NCBI GenBank assembly: GCA_963846575.1
Contig: CAWJWJ010000002.1
Span: 1,824,001-1,888,000 of the forward strand
Direction of reading: 5' to 3'
From: an uncultured Nitrospiraceae bacterium
Lineage (GTDB): Bacteria > Nitrospirota > Nitrospiria > Nitrospirales > Nitrospiraceae
DNA: 64,000 nucleotides
The notes below the pieces were generated by a model. The model was not told the DNA's origin. It saw only the letters and a program-made list of their open reading frames with translations, and did not search any database. This document shows positions 21,318 to 31,228 of the stretch, one piece after another. The stretch's first letter is position 1, and every line of letters begins with the position of its first letter. The position numbers and the translations under genes are program-made.

Positions 21318-22744
21318 TGATTCTGCTCACGGGCGCGACCGGCTATGTGGGAGGACGTCTGCTGCGGCGGCTGGTGCAGGCCGGCCATCGCGTCCGATGC
21401 CTCGCGCGCTGTCCTGAGTTCCTCCAGGCGCGGGCCGGGCCGGACGTCGACGTCTTCGCAGGGGATGTGCTCGACCAGACAAGTCTGGAGCCTGCGATGC
21501 ACGGCGTCACCGCCGCCTATTACCTCGTCCATTCCATGGGCTCGTCCGGCAGTTTCGAACAGGCGGACCGTGAGGGCGCGCGAAACTTCGGCGAAGCGGC
21601 CCGCCGGGCCGGGGTCGGCCGCATCCTCTACCTCGGAGGACTGGGCGACGATGACGAACAGTTGTCGCCGCACCTGCGAAGCCGCCATGAGGTCGGCGAC
21701 TTCCTCCGGCAATCCGGGGTGCGCGTGATCGAGTTCCGCGCCTCCATCGTCATCGGCTCGGGCAGTTTGTCCTTCGAGATGATCCGCGCGCTCGTCGAAC
21801 GACTGCCGGTGATGATCATGCCCCGGTGGGTGCGGATCCCCGCCCAGCCGATCGCCATCGACGATGTGCTCGCCTACCTCGTCGCCGCCCTCGAGCTCCC
21901 GCTCCCTGACAACACAACCATCGAAATCGGCGGCCGGGACATCGTATCGTACGGGGGCCTCATGCGGGAATACGCGCATCAGCGCGGCCTGCGGCGGATC
22001 ATGCTGCCGGTGCCGGTGCTCACGCCGTTTCTTTCGAGTCTCTGGCTGGGCCTGGTAACGCCGCTCTTCGCACGGGTCGGCCGCAAACTGATCCAAAGCA
22101 TCCGTTATCCCACCATCGTGCGCGACGACAGCGCGCGCCGCCTGTTCACCATCACACCGATCGGCGTGCGGGAGGCCATCGGGCATGCGTTACGGAACGA
22201 GGAGCGGGAACTGGCGGAATCACGCTGGTCGGATGCCCGCTCCGCCGCAGGCGAAGAGCGACAATACGGAGGGGTGCGATTCGGCAACCGCCTGATCGAC
22301 GTCCGCACCGTGCATGTGTCCGTTCCGCCTGCCGCGGCGTTTCGACCGATTCAACGGATCGGCGGACGCACCGGGTGGTACTACGGCAACTGGTTATGGA
22401 CCCTGCGCGGCTGGATGGATTTGCTGGTCGGCGGCGTGGGCCTGCGGGGCCGACGCGACCCTGACGTGTTGTATGTCGGGGATGTCCTGGACTGGTGGCG
22501 CGTCGAGGCCCTGGAACCAGGAAGGCATCTGCGGTTGCAGGCCGAAATGAAGCTACCCGGGCGCGCTTGGCTGGAATTCGTAGTGCAGCGGGAAGGCAGC
22601 GGAGCCCGCATCACGCAGACGGCCAGCTTCGATCCCATCGGTCTCAGCGGACTCCTGTACTGGTACGGCATCTGGCCGATTCACGAATTGATCTTTCGCG
22701 GCATGGTGCGCGGGATTAAACGAGCGGCGGAAACACAAACCTGA
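21317..22744 (+). CDS. SDR-like NAD(P)-binding protein with DUF2867 domain (YbjT-like)
   Basis: LTGATGYVG, YYLVHSM, SPHLRSRHEVG, AEMKLPGRAWLEF. Confidence 0.9.
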   Translation: MILLTGATGYVGGRLLRRLVQAGHRVRCLARCPEFLQARAGPDVDVFAGDVLDQTSLEPAMHGVTAAYYLVHSMGSSGSFEQADREGARNFGEAARRAGVGRILYLGGLGDDDEQLSPHLRSRHEVGDFLRQSGVRVIEFRASIVIGSGSLSFEMIRALVERLPVMIMPRWVRIPAQPIAIDDVLAYLVAALELPLPDNTTIEIGGRDIVSYGGLMREYAHQRGLRRIMLPVPVLTPFLSSLWLGLVTPLFARVGRKLIQSIRYPTIVRDDSARRLFTITPIGVREAIGHALRNEERELAESRWSDARSAAGEERQYGGVRFGNRLIDVRTVHVSVPPAAAFRPIQRIGGRTGWYYGNWLWTLRGWMDLLVGGVGLRGRRDPDVLYVGDVLDWWRVEALEPGRHLRLQAEMKLPGRAWLEFVVQREGSGARITQTASFDPIGLSGLLYWYGIWPIHELIFRGMVRGIKRAAETQT

Positions 22745-22753
22745 ACGCCGGCA

Positions 22754-23200
22754 TTACCTTTGTGTCTTCCGCCATGCCAGGAGCCGTGCGGCCACGGCCT
22801 CGACCTGGTCGCTGGTCAGTGTAGCGGCCAGGGCATCGCGGCGCAGGCGCGCCCGCCCGCTATCCTGACGGCTCGCGAGGGAATACCAGAAATAGGCTTC
22901 GAGCGCATCCTGATCGACTCCCCGCCCCAGCTCATACAGCAGGCCGAGGTCGCGCTGCGCCAATCCATGGCCCTGGTCCGCCGCGCGCGTTAACCAGCGT
23001 ACCGCCTGCGCGCCGTCAGCAGCTCCCAACGTTCCCATGACCAAGGGCTGACCCAGCATCCATTGGGCATTCGCATCACCCTCCGCCGCCAAGACTTCCA
23101 GCTGATGCGGCAACAGGGACTCGGCAGCTACGATCGGCCCACCGGAAGACAGGAGCAAGACCATGGCCGCCGCCCCGCCTGTCCAGGCCCGCTGCTTCAT
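22754..23200 (-). CDS. Secreted Sel1-repeat protein
   Basis: Signal peptide; AADQGHGLAQRDLGLLYELGRGV Sel1 repeat. Confidence 0.85.
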   Translation of the reverse strand: MKQRAWTGGAAAMVLLLSSGGPIVAAESLLPHQLEVLAAEGDANAQWMLGQPLVMGTLGAADGAQAVRWLTRAADQGHGLAQRDLGLLYELGRGVDQDALEAYFWYSLASRQDSGRARLRRDALAATLTSDQVEAVAARLLAWRKTQR

Positions 23201-24546
23201 GTCATTTCTCCCGGATCCTTCACCGAACCTGCCCCTGAGGTGAACCGGCCCGACGGATCAAACCGGCGTTCCGGCACCCGTGAGGCAAACGTCTGATCGG
23301 CCAACAGGGCTTCGGCAGCTTTTCGCCCCGATACCAGCGCACCGTCCAGCGTGCCGGTCTCGCAATAGTCGCCGCATTGATACAGACCTGGCTTGACCCG
23401 GGAGGCAGCAGGCCGGTGGTGCTCCCTCAGGAGTTCGATCGGGGGCAGGGCCCCGGGGATGTGATCGGTCCGCAGCAGCCGCCAGGCATTGACCTTCGTG
23501 CCGAACCAGTCGCGCAGCTGTCTCCACAATGCCTGCTGAATCTCGTCGAATGTTGCAGCCTTGTCCCAATCGTCGGACAGACTCAGCGATACCAAGGAAC
23601 GCCCGACCGGCGCGTAAGCCGGGGCCACTTCACTCAACACCGACGCGGTTCGCACCGGCCCCTCTCCTTCGCCGTTCACGATCAACCAGGGACCACGCAC
23701 GGGAGGGGTCGGCGCCTCGAAATAAAGACAGGTCGCGGGCCGGGCCGGGGCGGCTGGTACGGGATCTCCGCGCAACGCGGCGGCCGTCGCGTAATCCGTC
23801 GCAAGGACCAGGGCATGACCCGGCACACGCTCACCGGACTCGAGCACAGCCCCGCTTGTCTCCACATGACGCACCGGTGAGTTCAGTCTGATCGATCCGG
23901 CCGGGAGGGTATCGGCCAACTGCCGGGCGATCGCTCCCATTCCTCCTTGCGGCAGGGCAATCGCGCCTCGCGAAAAAGCAGCCCAGACGAATTCAAACAG
24001 CCGGCAGGGCGTCTGCAGGTCCCGCTCCAAAAACACTCCGCCGAGAAAGGGGCGAAAAAACCGTGTCAGCATGGAGGGCGAAAAACCGTACTCCTGCAGC
24101 AGCTCCTGCGTCGAACGCGCGCGCCGGTCTTCCGACGCACAGAGGCGGTTGTGCAGGGCATCCTGCCTGAGTCGAAGGATCGCGAGTTTGTCCCGGAACG
24201 AGCCGATGGGACTCATGAGGGTGGAGAGGATATCCTGCGGGCGTCGCAGCGGGTCGCTGAACCGGTGAAACCGGCCGGCGTACCGGATGAGGGCACCGGG
24301 ATGGAACGGCCAGAGTCGCAGCCGGGCGTAATCCAGGGCGCTGCGGGCTTCCGGATACCCGCTGAGAAAGACCTGAAATCCGCGATCGAGTTGGAACCCC
24401 TCCACGCAATCGGTACGGACCCGTCCCCCGACGTCATCGGACGCCTCCAGGACCATGCAGGAGAGATTCGCCTCAACCAACCGCCGCGCGCAGGCCAAAC
24501 CGGCCAGACCGGCGCCGACGATGAGGACGCGAGTGTGAGCAGACAT
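23197..24546 (-). CDS. FAD-dependent oxidoreductase (amine oxidase/protoporphyrinogen oxidase-like)
   Basis: IVGAGLAGL, LEASDDVGGRVRT, LDRGFQV, CGDY..GTLDGALVSG; likely start ATG 24546. Confidence 0.9.
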   Translation of the reverse strand: MSAHTRVLIVGAGLAGLACARRLVEANLSCMVLEASDDVGGRVRTDCVEGFQLDRGFQVFLSGYPEARSALDYARLRLWPFHPGALIRYAGRFHRFSDPLRRPQDILSTLMSPIGSFRDKLAILRLRQDALHNRLCASEDRRARSTQELLQEYGFSPSMLTRFFRPFLGGVFLERDLQTPCRLFEFVWAAFSRGAIALPQGGMGAIARQLADTLPAGSIRLNSPVRHVETSGAVLESGERVPGHALVLATDYATAAALRGDPVPAAPARPATCLYFEAPTPPVRGPWLIVNGEGEGPVRTASVLSEVAPAYAPVGRSLVSLSLSDDWDKAATFDEIQQALWRQLRDWFGTKVNAWRLLRTDHIPGALPPIELLREHHRPAASRVKPGLYQCGDYCETGTLDGALVSGRKAAEALLADQTFASRVPERRFDPSGRFTSGAGSVKDPGEMT

Positions 24547-24600
24547 GATCGTTATTGTAGACGGAGCCCGAGCCAGACTCCAGCGGCAAGTGATGTTATT

Positions 24601-24625
24601 GGGGTCAGGTCTTGCAATCACACAT
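24601..24625 (-). repeat. RAYT-associated 25-bp motif, copy 1 (left inverted repeat)
   Basis: GGGGTCAGGTCTTGCAATCACACAT. Confidence 0.95.
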
Positions 24626-24649
24626 TCTCGGGACGTACACTCGCGTCCT

Positions 24650-25486
24650 ATGGCTCGCCCACTGCGTCTTGAATTTCCCGGCGCGGTCTACCATGTCACA
24701 AGCCGCGGCAATGCCCGGCAGAACATTGTGCATGACGATCGTGACCGGTCGCACTTCCTCTCGTTGCTGGCCCATGTCATCGATCGGTATGGATGGCTCT
24801 GTCATGCCTTTTGCCTGATGGACAACCACTACCACCTCCTCATCGAAACACCGAAACCAAACCTCTCCATCGGCATGCGTCAGCTGAACGGACTCTACAC
24901 GCAACGCTACAATCGCCGTTACGAGCGGGCGGGACACCTGTTCCAGGGACGCTACAAGGCGATTCTGGTGGAAAAAGAATCGCATCTCCTCGAACTCTGC
25001 CGATATGTCGTGCTGAATCCCGTCGGGGCCAGATTGGCGACGCATCCCCGGCTGTGGAACTGGAGTAGCTATCGCGCGACAGCAGGCGAGGCACCGGCTC
25101 CGGAATGGCTGACGACCGACTGGATTCTGAAACAGTTCGGCGTGCGGGCCGGCTCGGCTCGAGACAGATACCGGGCCTTCGTAAGCGAGAAGCACCGCCA
25201 GCGTCAGCCATGGGATCAACTCGTGGGGCAGATTTATCTGGGGACGGCAGACTTCGTGGCAAGACACCAGCCCGATCGGGTGATCCGAGACATTCCCCGC
25301 CGGCAAACACAGGCCCACCGCCCGTCGCTGCAACAGCTGTTCGACGCGCGAGGGAAGCAGCCCCAGCTCGTGCACAAAGCCTATCGACGGTACGGGTATC
25401 GCCTCAACGAGATTGCGGCGCATTTGGGGGTGCATCCGGCCACGATCAGCCGTCGTTTAAAGCAGGCTGAAGAGGAACATGTGTGA
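24650..25486 (+). CDS. REP-associated tyrosine transposase-like (Y1 HUH) protein with C-terminal HTH
   Basis: MARPLRLEFPGAVYHVTSRGN, HUH motif CLMDNHYHLL, GHLFQGRY, catalytic RYVVLNPV, C-terminal LNEIAAHLGVHPATISR HTH. Confidence 0.92.
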   Translation: MARPLRLEFPGAVYHVTSRGNARQNIVHDDRDRSHFLSLLAHVIDRYGWLCHAFCLMDNHYHLLIETPKPNLSIGMRQLNGLYTQRYNRRYERAGHLFQGRYKAILVEKESHLLELCRYVVLNPVGARLATHPRLWNWSSYRATAGEAPAPEWLTTDWILKQFGVRAGSARDRYRAFVSEKHRQRQPWDQLVGQIYLGTADFVARHQPDRVIRDIPRRQTQAHRPSLQQLFDARGKQPQLVHKAYRRYGYRLNEIAAHLGVHPATISRRLKQAEEEHV

Positions 25487-25503
25487 TTGCAAGACCTGAC
25501 CCC
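25479..25503 (+). repeat. RAYT-associated motif, copy 2 (right inverted repeat)
   Basis: ATGTGTGATTGCAAGACCTGACCCC; contains the transposase stop codon. Confidence 0.95.
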
Positions 25504-26232
25504 ACGAAAAATGACCCCACGAAAAAGTTTACCGTCGATCGTCTGCTTTCCAAGCTGGGCATCACCAGCCGCAGTACGGCGCAGGAGTGGATTCGCGCCG
25601 GCCGGGTCCGCGTCAATCAACGTGTCGTGCGCCTTCCCGGCACGTGGGTCTCATGGCCGGGCGACAGCCTCTCGCTCGACGGGCAGCCCGTGCAGGAGGC
25701 CAGCCGACGCTTCATCCTCTTTCACAAACCCAAGGGCCTGGTCACCACGCACGAGGACGAGAAGGGCCGCAGCACCATTTTTGACGCGCTGCCGGAGGAC
25801 ATGCGGTCACTGCATGCCGTCGGGCGGCTGGACCAGGCGACCAGCGGGCTGCTTTTACTGACCAACGACTCGATGCTCTCGAGCCACCTCACAGACCCGG
25901 CGCAACAGTTCCCCCGCCTCTATCTCGTAACTGTGCGCGGCAATGTGACGGAGAGTGCCCGAGAAGCGGCCATCACCGGCCTGCTGGATCAAGGGGAGCG
26001 CCTTCACTGTCAAAACGTGACCATCCAGAAACGCTCCGGACGCGAGTCGCATTTGGAGGTAACGCTGACCGAAGGCAAGAACCGGGAGATCAGGCGACTG
26101 TTCAAGGCGCTTGGACACGAGGTGACGAGGTTGCGGCGCATCCAGTACGGGCCGTTCCTCCTCGGCGACCTGCCACCGGGAGGCTGGCGGGAACTCACAG
26201 TCGAGGAAGCGAGAAACGCACTCCAATCGTGA
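25483..26232 (+). CDS. rRNA pseudouridine synthase (RsuA/RluB family)
   Basis: S4 domain VDRLLSKLGITSR, FHKPKG, VGRLDQATSGLLLLTND, LTEGKNREIRR. Confidence 0.92.
   Translation: MIARPDPTKNDPTKKFTVDRLLSKLGITSRSTAQEWIRAGRVRVNQRVVRLPGTWVSWPGDSLSLDGQPVQEASRRFILFHKPKGLVTTHEDEKGRSTIFDALPEDMRSLHAVGRLDQATSGLLLLTNDSMLSSHLTDPAQQFPRLYLVTVRGNVTESAREAAITGLLDQGERLHCQNVTIQKRSGRESHLEVTLTEGKNREIRRLFKALGHEVTRLRRIQYGPFLLGDLPPGGWRELTVEEARNALQS
25497..25526 (+). repeat. Exact 15-bp tandem duplication
   Basis: TGACCCCACGAAAAA x2 (25497-25511, 25512-25526). Confidence 0.95.
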
Positions 26233-26454
26233 GAAGCGGGCGGCGCACTCCAATCAACTCACCGGCACTATCGGGTGGAAGTGACGTCGTAGAGTCGTGG
26301 GAGGACCAACCCCCTGCCCCGCCCATCTGCTCTCCCAAAACCTCCAGAAGAGCAACCCACACACTGTGCCCGCATCGGAGGCAGGCCGGCGGCGGGACCG
26401 GCGGCCTGCTGCAGGGAACCGATCCACGTCCCGGGTCGGGCCTCACCGGTCCGG

Positions 26455-26868
26455 TTAGTATCCCCGCCCGCTGCTCCCGCCACGCCCCATGCGGTCGAAC
26501 GGCAGCGCTTCGTAACGCTTCTTCAGGTCGGGATGTTCCGCGAGGTACCCCTTCACCGCCGCGTCATCGGCAAAGACTTCCTTGCTGCGCCCCCGATACT
26601 CCTCGACCGTCAGATCGTACTTCGACAACAGGCCGGTCAATTTCTGATTGATATCCTTCCCCATTTCAGCCATCTGCTCGGCCGAAGGCGGACGCCCTTC
26701 TCCATAGCCGCTGCCGCCCTGAAAATAATTCGTCATCATCTCGCCGATTTCGATGCGGGCGTTCACGAATTTCTCCAGCTCGGCCGGTTCGGCAGCCAGC
26801 GCAGGCCCTGCATACAACATCAATCCCAATGAAATGCCGATGATCACCCGTGCAGAATTCATCACCAT
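26455..26868 (-). CDS. Secreted hypothetical protein
   Basis: Signal peptide (PALA-AEP); GAGAGG RBS. Confidence 0.75.
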   Translation of the reverse strand: MVMNSARVIIGISLGLMLYAGPALAAEPAELEKFVNARIEIGEMMTNYFQGGSGYGEGRPPSAEQMAEMGKDINQKLTGLLSKYDLTVEEYRGRSKEVFADDAAVKGYLAEHPDLKKRYEALPFDRMGRGGSSGRGY

Positions 26869-27135
26869 ACGGTCCTCTCAAAATGTAATAGAAGTGGCGG
26901 TCGTCGATCCGTCGTCATCTTACCATCTCAACCGGATGAGGTGCACGGCCCGTCAGGACGCGTGGCCGGATCCGGGCCGGCAACCGGTGAACGGAGCCGG
27001 CCAGACGGGAACCGGGGCCGTCCATTCTTTGTGAAAGACGTGCTAAGCTGGGCCGCCTTTGCCGGGCAACTTAGTCAGCGCGCCCACAGGGCCGGAACGT
27101 CGTTCAGACAGTAACGGGAGAAAGGAGAGTCCAGC

Positions 27136-27831
27136 ATGCCAGGACGCCAGAAGGAGCGGCATCGCACGGAACGCCTCGGCTGGTTACGCGCGGCAGTATT
27201 GGGTGCCAACGACGGGATCATTTCCACCGCCAGCCTGCTGCTCGGTGTTGCGGCGGCGCACGGAACCCGCAGCGCGATCATCATAGCCGGCGCCGCCGGT
27301 CTGGTGGCCGGCGCGATGTCCATGGCCGCCGGCGAATACGTCTCCCTCCGCTCGCAGGCCGATACCGAAGAGGCCGAACTCGAGCTCGAACGGCAGGAAC
27401 TCCAGGACGATGAGGCGGGCGAACACAAAGAATTGACGACGATCTACGTCCGTCGCGGGCTGGACCCGTCACTCGCGAAACAGGTCGCGCATCAACTGAT
27501 GGCGCATGATGCATTAGGTGCGCATGCTCGAGACGAATTGGGAATCTCCGACACCCTCAGCGCACGTCCGGTTCAAGCCGCGTTCGCCTCGGCCGGCGCC
27601 TTTTCCGTCGGAGCGGCCCTGCCGCTGCTGACCGCCACGGTGGTGCCTCAGCCGATGTTCATTCCGTTGGTGTCCGGCATGTCGCTGCTCTTTCTTGCGC
27701 TGCTGGGTGGAGTGGCGGCTTCGGTGGGCGGGGCCAATGTCTTCTCGGGAGCCGCCCGCGTCACCTTCTGGGGCGCCCTGGCCATGGCGGCGACGGCGGG
27801 AGTGGGAGCGCTGTTCGGAACAAGTCTCTGA
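27136..27831 (+). CDS. VIT1/CCC1 family Fe/Mn transporter
   Basis: WLRAAVLGANDGIIS, AGAMSMAAGEYVS. Confidence 0.95.
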   Translation: MPGRQKERHRTERLGWLRAAVLGANDGIISTASLLLGVAAAHGTRSAIIIAGAAGLVAGAMSMAAGEYVSLRSQADTEEAELELERQELQDDEAGEHKELTTIYVRRGLDPSLAKQVAHQLMAHDALGAHARDELGISDTLSARPVQAAFASAGAFSVGAALPLLTATVVPQPMFIPLVSGMSLLFLALLGGVAASVGGANVFSGAARVTFWGALAMAATAGVGALFGTSL

Positions 27832-27896
27832 ACAGGTCGACGACCGGTCTGCATGGATGTGACCGTCCACGGTACTGCCGGACGGGGCGCAGAGCT

Positions 27897-28079
27897 TTAG
27901 CTCCCGGCCTTGGCCTCCGACAACTTGCGGAGGAGCGCCGTCATTTCATCCAGCTTGAGCGTCCCGACAGCCAGGTCGGTTTCCAACCGCTCGATCATAT
28001 CCAAACAAGTCTTCACCGTCTCGACCAGCTGGGCCTGCGTCATCGTCGGGAGCTTGTGTTCGATGTCGTGCCTGTTCAT
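27897..28079 (-). CDS. Small coiled-coil hypothetical protein
   Basis: GGAGG RBS; MNRHDIEHKLPTM... Confidence 0.6.
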   Translation of the reverse strand: MNRHDIEHKLPTMTQAQLVETVKTCLDMIERLETDLAVGTLKLDEMTALLRKLSEAKAGS

Positions 28080-28411
28080 AGGTCGTAGTCCTCCATGGTG
28101 TGGATCTCGCCCAATGTGACTCATCCGGCCGAGGTTTTCAACAGTGGCCTGCGCAGTCATTGAGAGCCAGTGCCGGATGACGCGACGTCGCCCCCGGCCG
28201 GCTTCCTTCATAGGCTCGGAGCGTGCAGCTTCGCCTCGGGGTCTCGCTGGCTTTGACCTCGGTCAAAAACGGGAAGACGCCACATCGAGGACAGCGGAAG
28301 AATGGAAGGCACGAGAGGGATGACGGAGAGCGCGGGAACGCTCGGGCAGTCTCTCACCGCCCACGGGCTTTCCTGAACGCCCTCATTCCTCGAGCAGTAT
28401 CCGGCCCCGCC

Positions 28412-28648
28412 TTACACCCGGCTGTGATCGTGCAGAGAGAACCAGGCATAGGGCGTCAGGTAGTAACAGAGGAGGAACAACGTCAGGCCCAACACCCCGC
28501 CGACCAGGCCCTTGATCACGACCCCGGCGAATGGCAGCAGGAACAACATCAGGTGCATCACATGTGCGAGCGCCTTGTGCTCCTGATAAAAGGCCTGGCG
28601 GATCTCACTCGTGAATGTGCCGGTAACCGAGAGATTGGAAAGACTCAT
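28412..28648 (-). CDS. Small two-TM membrane protein
   Basis: GAGGTG RBS; two hydrophobic helices. Confidence 0.65.
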   Translation of the reverse strand: MSLSNLSVTGTFTSEIRQAFYQEHKALAHVMHLMLFLLPFAGVVIKGLVGGVLGLTLFLLCYYLTPYAWFSLHDHSRV

Positions 28649-28814
28649 CGCCGCACCTCCTCTTCGTCCATGGACCAGGGAGAGGGGATCAGTGCGCAGC
28701 GCCGGCGGGAAGGATCAGGTCAGGTCGTTGGAGCTGCGTCACGACACCACGCTACGCGCAATGGGGCACGGCGTCAAGTGCAGTGGAGCCACTCGTGCGT
28801 ACTCGCCTGCTCGC

Positions 28815-29735
28815 CTAGCGTTCCCGGCCGGGTCGGGGGAGTTGCTGCAGAAAGTCGCCGAGCACGGCGCCAAACTTGTCCGGGTCTTCCGCCATGATGA
28901 AATGTCCCGTGTCGAACTCTACGAGCTGAGCGCCGGGAATTTGCGCCTGGATGCCCTTCGCGATGGTCGGCGTCGCCACCCCGTCTTTGGCGCCCACCAT
29001 GATCAGGGTCGGCGCGGTGATGCCGGTGAGCTGACCATGCACATTAAAACGGGACATCGACGTCAGCGCCTCTCTGATCACCGTGGCGTTCCAGGTGCGA
29101 ATCCGGTCAAGCAACGGCTGGTAGAGCCTGGACGGCGCATCCTGCGGGAAACTTTCCACGATCATCTTCTTGGACACGCGACGATAATCCCGCGGCGCGC
29201 CGATCGTGGGCACGTCCTCGTCGAGAATCATGGGCCCATCGGTGGTTGACACCAGCACCAATGCCCGCACCCGCTCGGGGTGATCGAGCGCGAGGCGTTG
29301 AAGAATCATCCCGCCCATGGATACTCCCACCCAAACCGCCCGGTCGATCTGCAGGGCATCCGCTAGTTTGATCAAGTCCTGTGAAAACTGCTCGATGGTG
29401 AACCCGCCGGGCGGTTTGTCGGAGTCGCCATACCCACGGAGGTCCACGGCGATGCCGCGGAAGTCCGGCGTATAGGCGGCGACATATTTCGGAAAGATGT
29501 TGCTGGTCGTGACGACGCCATGCACGAAGATGACGGGATCGCCGGTGCCTGCCTCCAAGAGGCTCACATGCAGTCCGTCGAGATCGACGACGTGGCGCTG
29601 AAACAACTCACCGGGCGGCATGACATCAGCCAGTTTGGCCGGCCGGGCGGCGGTTCCCTGAGTAGGATAGGAAGAACCGGCACAGCCGGTCACGCCCATC
29701 AAGGCGACCACGAGGATCAACGTCACTGCCCGCAT
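28815..29735 (-). CDS. Alpha/beta hydrolase, probable lipoprotein
   Basis: Lipobox VTGC, FVHG, DLRGYG, GVSMGG, GHF. Confidence 0.9.
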   Translation of the reverse strand: MRAVTLILVVALMGVTGCAGSSYPTQGTAARPAKLADVMPPGELFQRHVVDLDGLHVSLLEAGTGDPVIFVHGVVTTSNIFPKYVAAYTPDFRGIAVDLRGYGDSDKPPGGFTIEQFSQDLIKLADALQIDRAVWVGVSMGGMILQRLALDHPERVRALVLVSTTDGPMILDEDVPTIGAPRDYRRVSKKMIVESFPQDAPSRLYQPLLDRIRTWNATVIREALTSMSRFNVHGQLTGITAPTLIMVGAKDGVATPTIAKGIQAQIPGAQLVEFDTGHFIMAEDPDKFGAVLGDFLQQLPRPGRER

Positions 29736-29910
29736 ACAGCTCCCCTTTCCAAATGTTAGGTGAACGATTCAGCCTAAGGCCTGCGCAGGAGATATTCAAT
29801 CCTATGATGTTCGACAGGGATCGTGATCGGCGAAGTGGGCGTGCGATGATCATCGACCGGCACGGTCCACGATTCGAAATGCTAGGTTTTATCCGGCCAT
29901 AGCTGGTAGG

Positions 29911-30990
29911 ATGCGTCATGCACGTGTTTCTTCGGTGAACTCGAATGAAAGGGAGCCTGTCTTGAACATCACTAAATTGATTGCCGCTTGCATCGTGTTG
30001 TCTCTGGTCGGAATGCCAACCATCTCCCTGGCGAAGGCGCGAGGCGGATCGGGAGGAGGATTCTCCAGCGGGTCGCGTAGTGGAAACTCCGGAAGCAGCA
30101 TGGGCAGCCGCGGCTCACGCACCCATCAGGACAACGGCGCGAAGCCGATCGAACAGTCCACCACGGCCAGGCCGGCCACGGCTCCCCCGCCATCCACCGC
30201 GACCAGCCCGGCTGGTCAATCGAGCCCCGCCGCGCAGCCGTCATGGCTGCAACGCAATCCCCTGCTGGCCGGCATCGCAGGCGGCCTCGCCGGAACCTGG
30301 CTCGGCCATATGATCTTCGGAGCGACCGACAGCAGCGCCAGGACCACCGAGAACGGTGGAGCAGAGGGCGAACAGACAGCCGGGGCATCCGGTCCTAACT
30401 GGACGCTGATCCTGCTCATGCTGATGGGAGCCGGAGGACTGTATTATTACTTCAAGGGTCGCCGCACTCCCGCTCCTGATTTTTCAGGCCTCAGTCGGAG
30501 CACGGCCGCAAGTGGCTCTCTGCTGGCGGATTCCGCCACCGCTCCGAGCCTCCGGACGGCCACGATCGACAGCGAAATCACCAGGTCCGACAAAAGCGCG
30601 TTTCAGCAATCGCTGATCGACATTCAAACAGCCTGGGGCAAACAAGACCTGACCGGACTGCGGCGGCTCGTCACGCCGGAGATGCTGGAGTATTTCAGCA
30701 CCGGCTTGGCCGAACAGGCCAGCCAGGACCTCGTCAATCACGTGGAAGATGTGATCCTTCAGCAGGCGGATGTCCGGGAATCCTGGGTGGAAAATACGAC
30801 GCAATACGCGACGGTGAACCTGACCTGGACCGCCCGCGACTACAGCGTCTCCCTGAGCAAACAACCGGGAGAGCCCGGCTATCTCGTCGAAGGCAACAAA
30901 GAAACGCCGACCGAAACGACGGAAGTCTGGACCTTCATGCGATTCCAGCATGGGAAGTGGTTGCTCTCCGCGATCCAACAGGTCGCATAG
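29911..30990 (+). CDS. Tim44-domain protein (true start possibly downstream)
   Basis: SMGSRGSRT, Gly-rich TM, C-terminal EVWTF..WLLSAIQQ. Confidence 0.88.
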   Translation: MRHARVSSVNSNEREPVLNITKLIAACIVLSLVGMPTISLAKARGGSGGGFSSGSRSGNSGSSMGSRGSRTHQDNGAKPIEQSTTARPATAPPPSTATSPAGQSSPAAQPSWLQRNPLLAGIAGGLAGTWLGHMIFGATDSSARTTENGGAEGEQTAGASGPNWTLILLMLMGAGGLYYYFKGRRTPAPDFSGLSRSTAASGSLLADSATAPSLRTATIDSEITRSDKSAFQQSLIDIQTAWGKQDLTGLRRLVTPEMLEYFSTGLAEQASQDLVNHVEDVILQQADVRESWVENTTQYATVNLTWTARDYSVSLSKQPGEPGYLVEGNKETPTETTEVWTFMRFQHGKWLLSAIQQVA

Positions 30991-31036
30991 GGTTGCGCGC
31001 GTCCGCTGACGACGCGACAAGCGAGCCGTAGGACAT

Positions 31037-31086
31037 GGGGCAGCGGTAGTCTCGATGGTCGAGACGGCCGCTGCCCCGTTTTTTTT
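31037..31086 (+). terminator. Rho-independent terminator
   Basis: GGGGCAGCGG-ta-GTCTCGA-tgg-TCGAGAC-gg-CCGCTGCCCC followed by a T8 tract. Confidence 0.8.
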
Positions 31087-31228
31087 AGTGTCACGCTGAT
31101 CGCCCCGGAGGAACAGCCGTCACCGCACCCGCCGCATAGATCTGGGCGATAGACCGGAGGCTCAAGGGCCGGCCGCCCCCGCAGGGCAGCGGCATGAATG
31201 GCCGGGCAGGAGCGATGAGGCGGCCGGT

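Larger units (their letters stand above)
24601..25503 (+). mobile_element. 903-bp element: RAYT-like HUH transposase gene between perfect 25-bp inverted repeats; no target-site duplication seen
   Basis: 24601-24625 is the exact reverse complement of 25479-25503; the single internal ORF fills the interval. Confidence 0.8.

Noticed and set aside
24547..24621. MIARPDP N-terminal extension of the FAD oxidoreductase
   Set aside because: It is simply the repeat read in frame; the ATG at 24546 directly precedes the FAD-binding motif.
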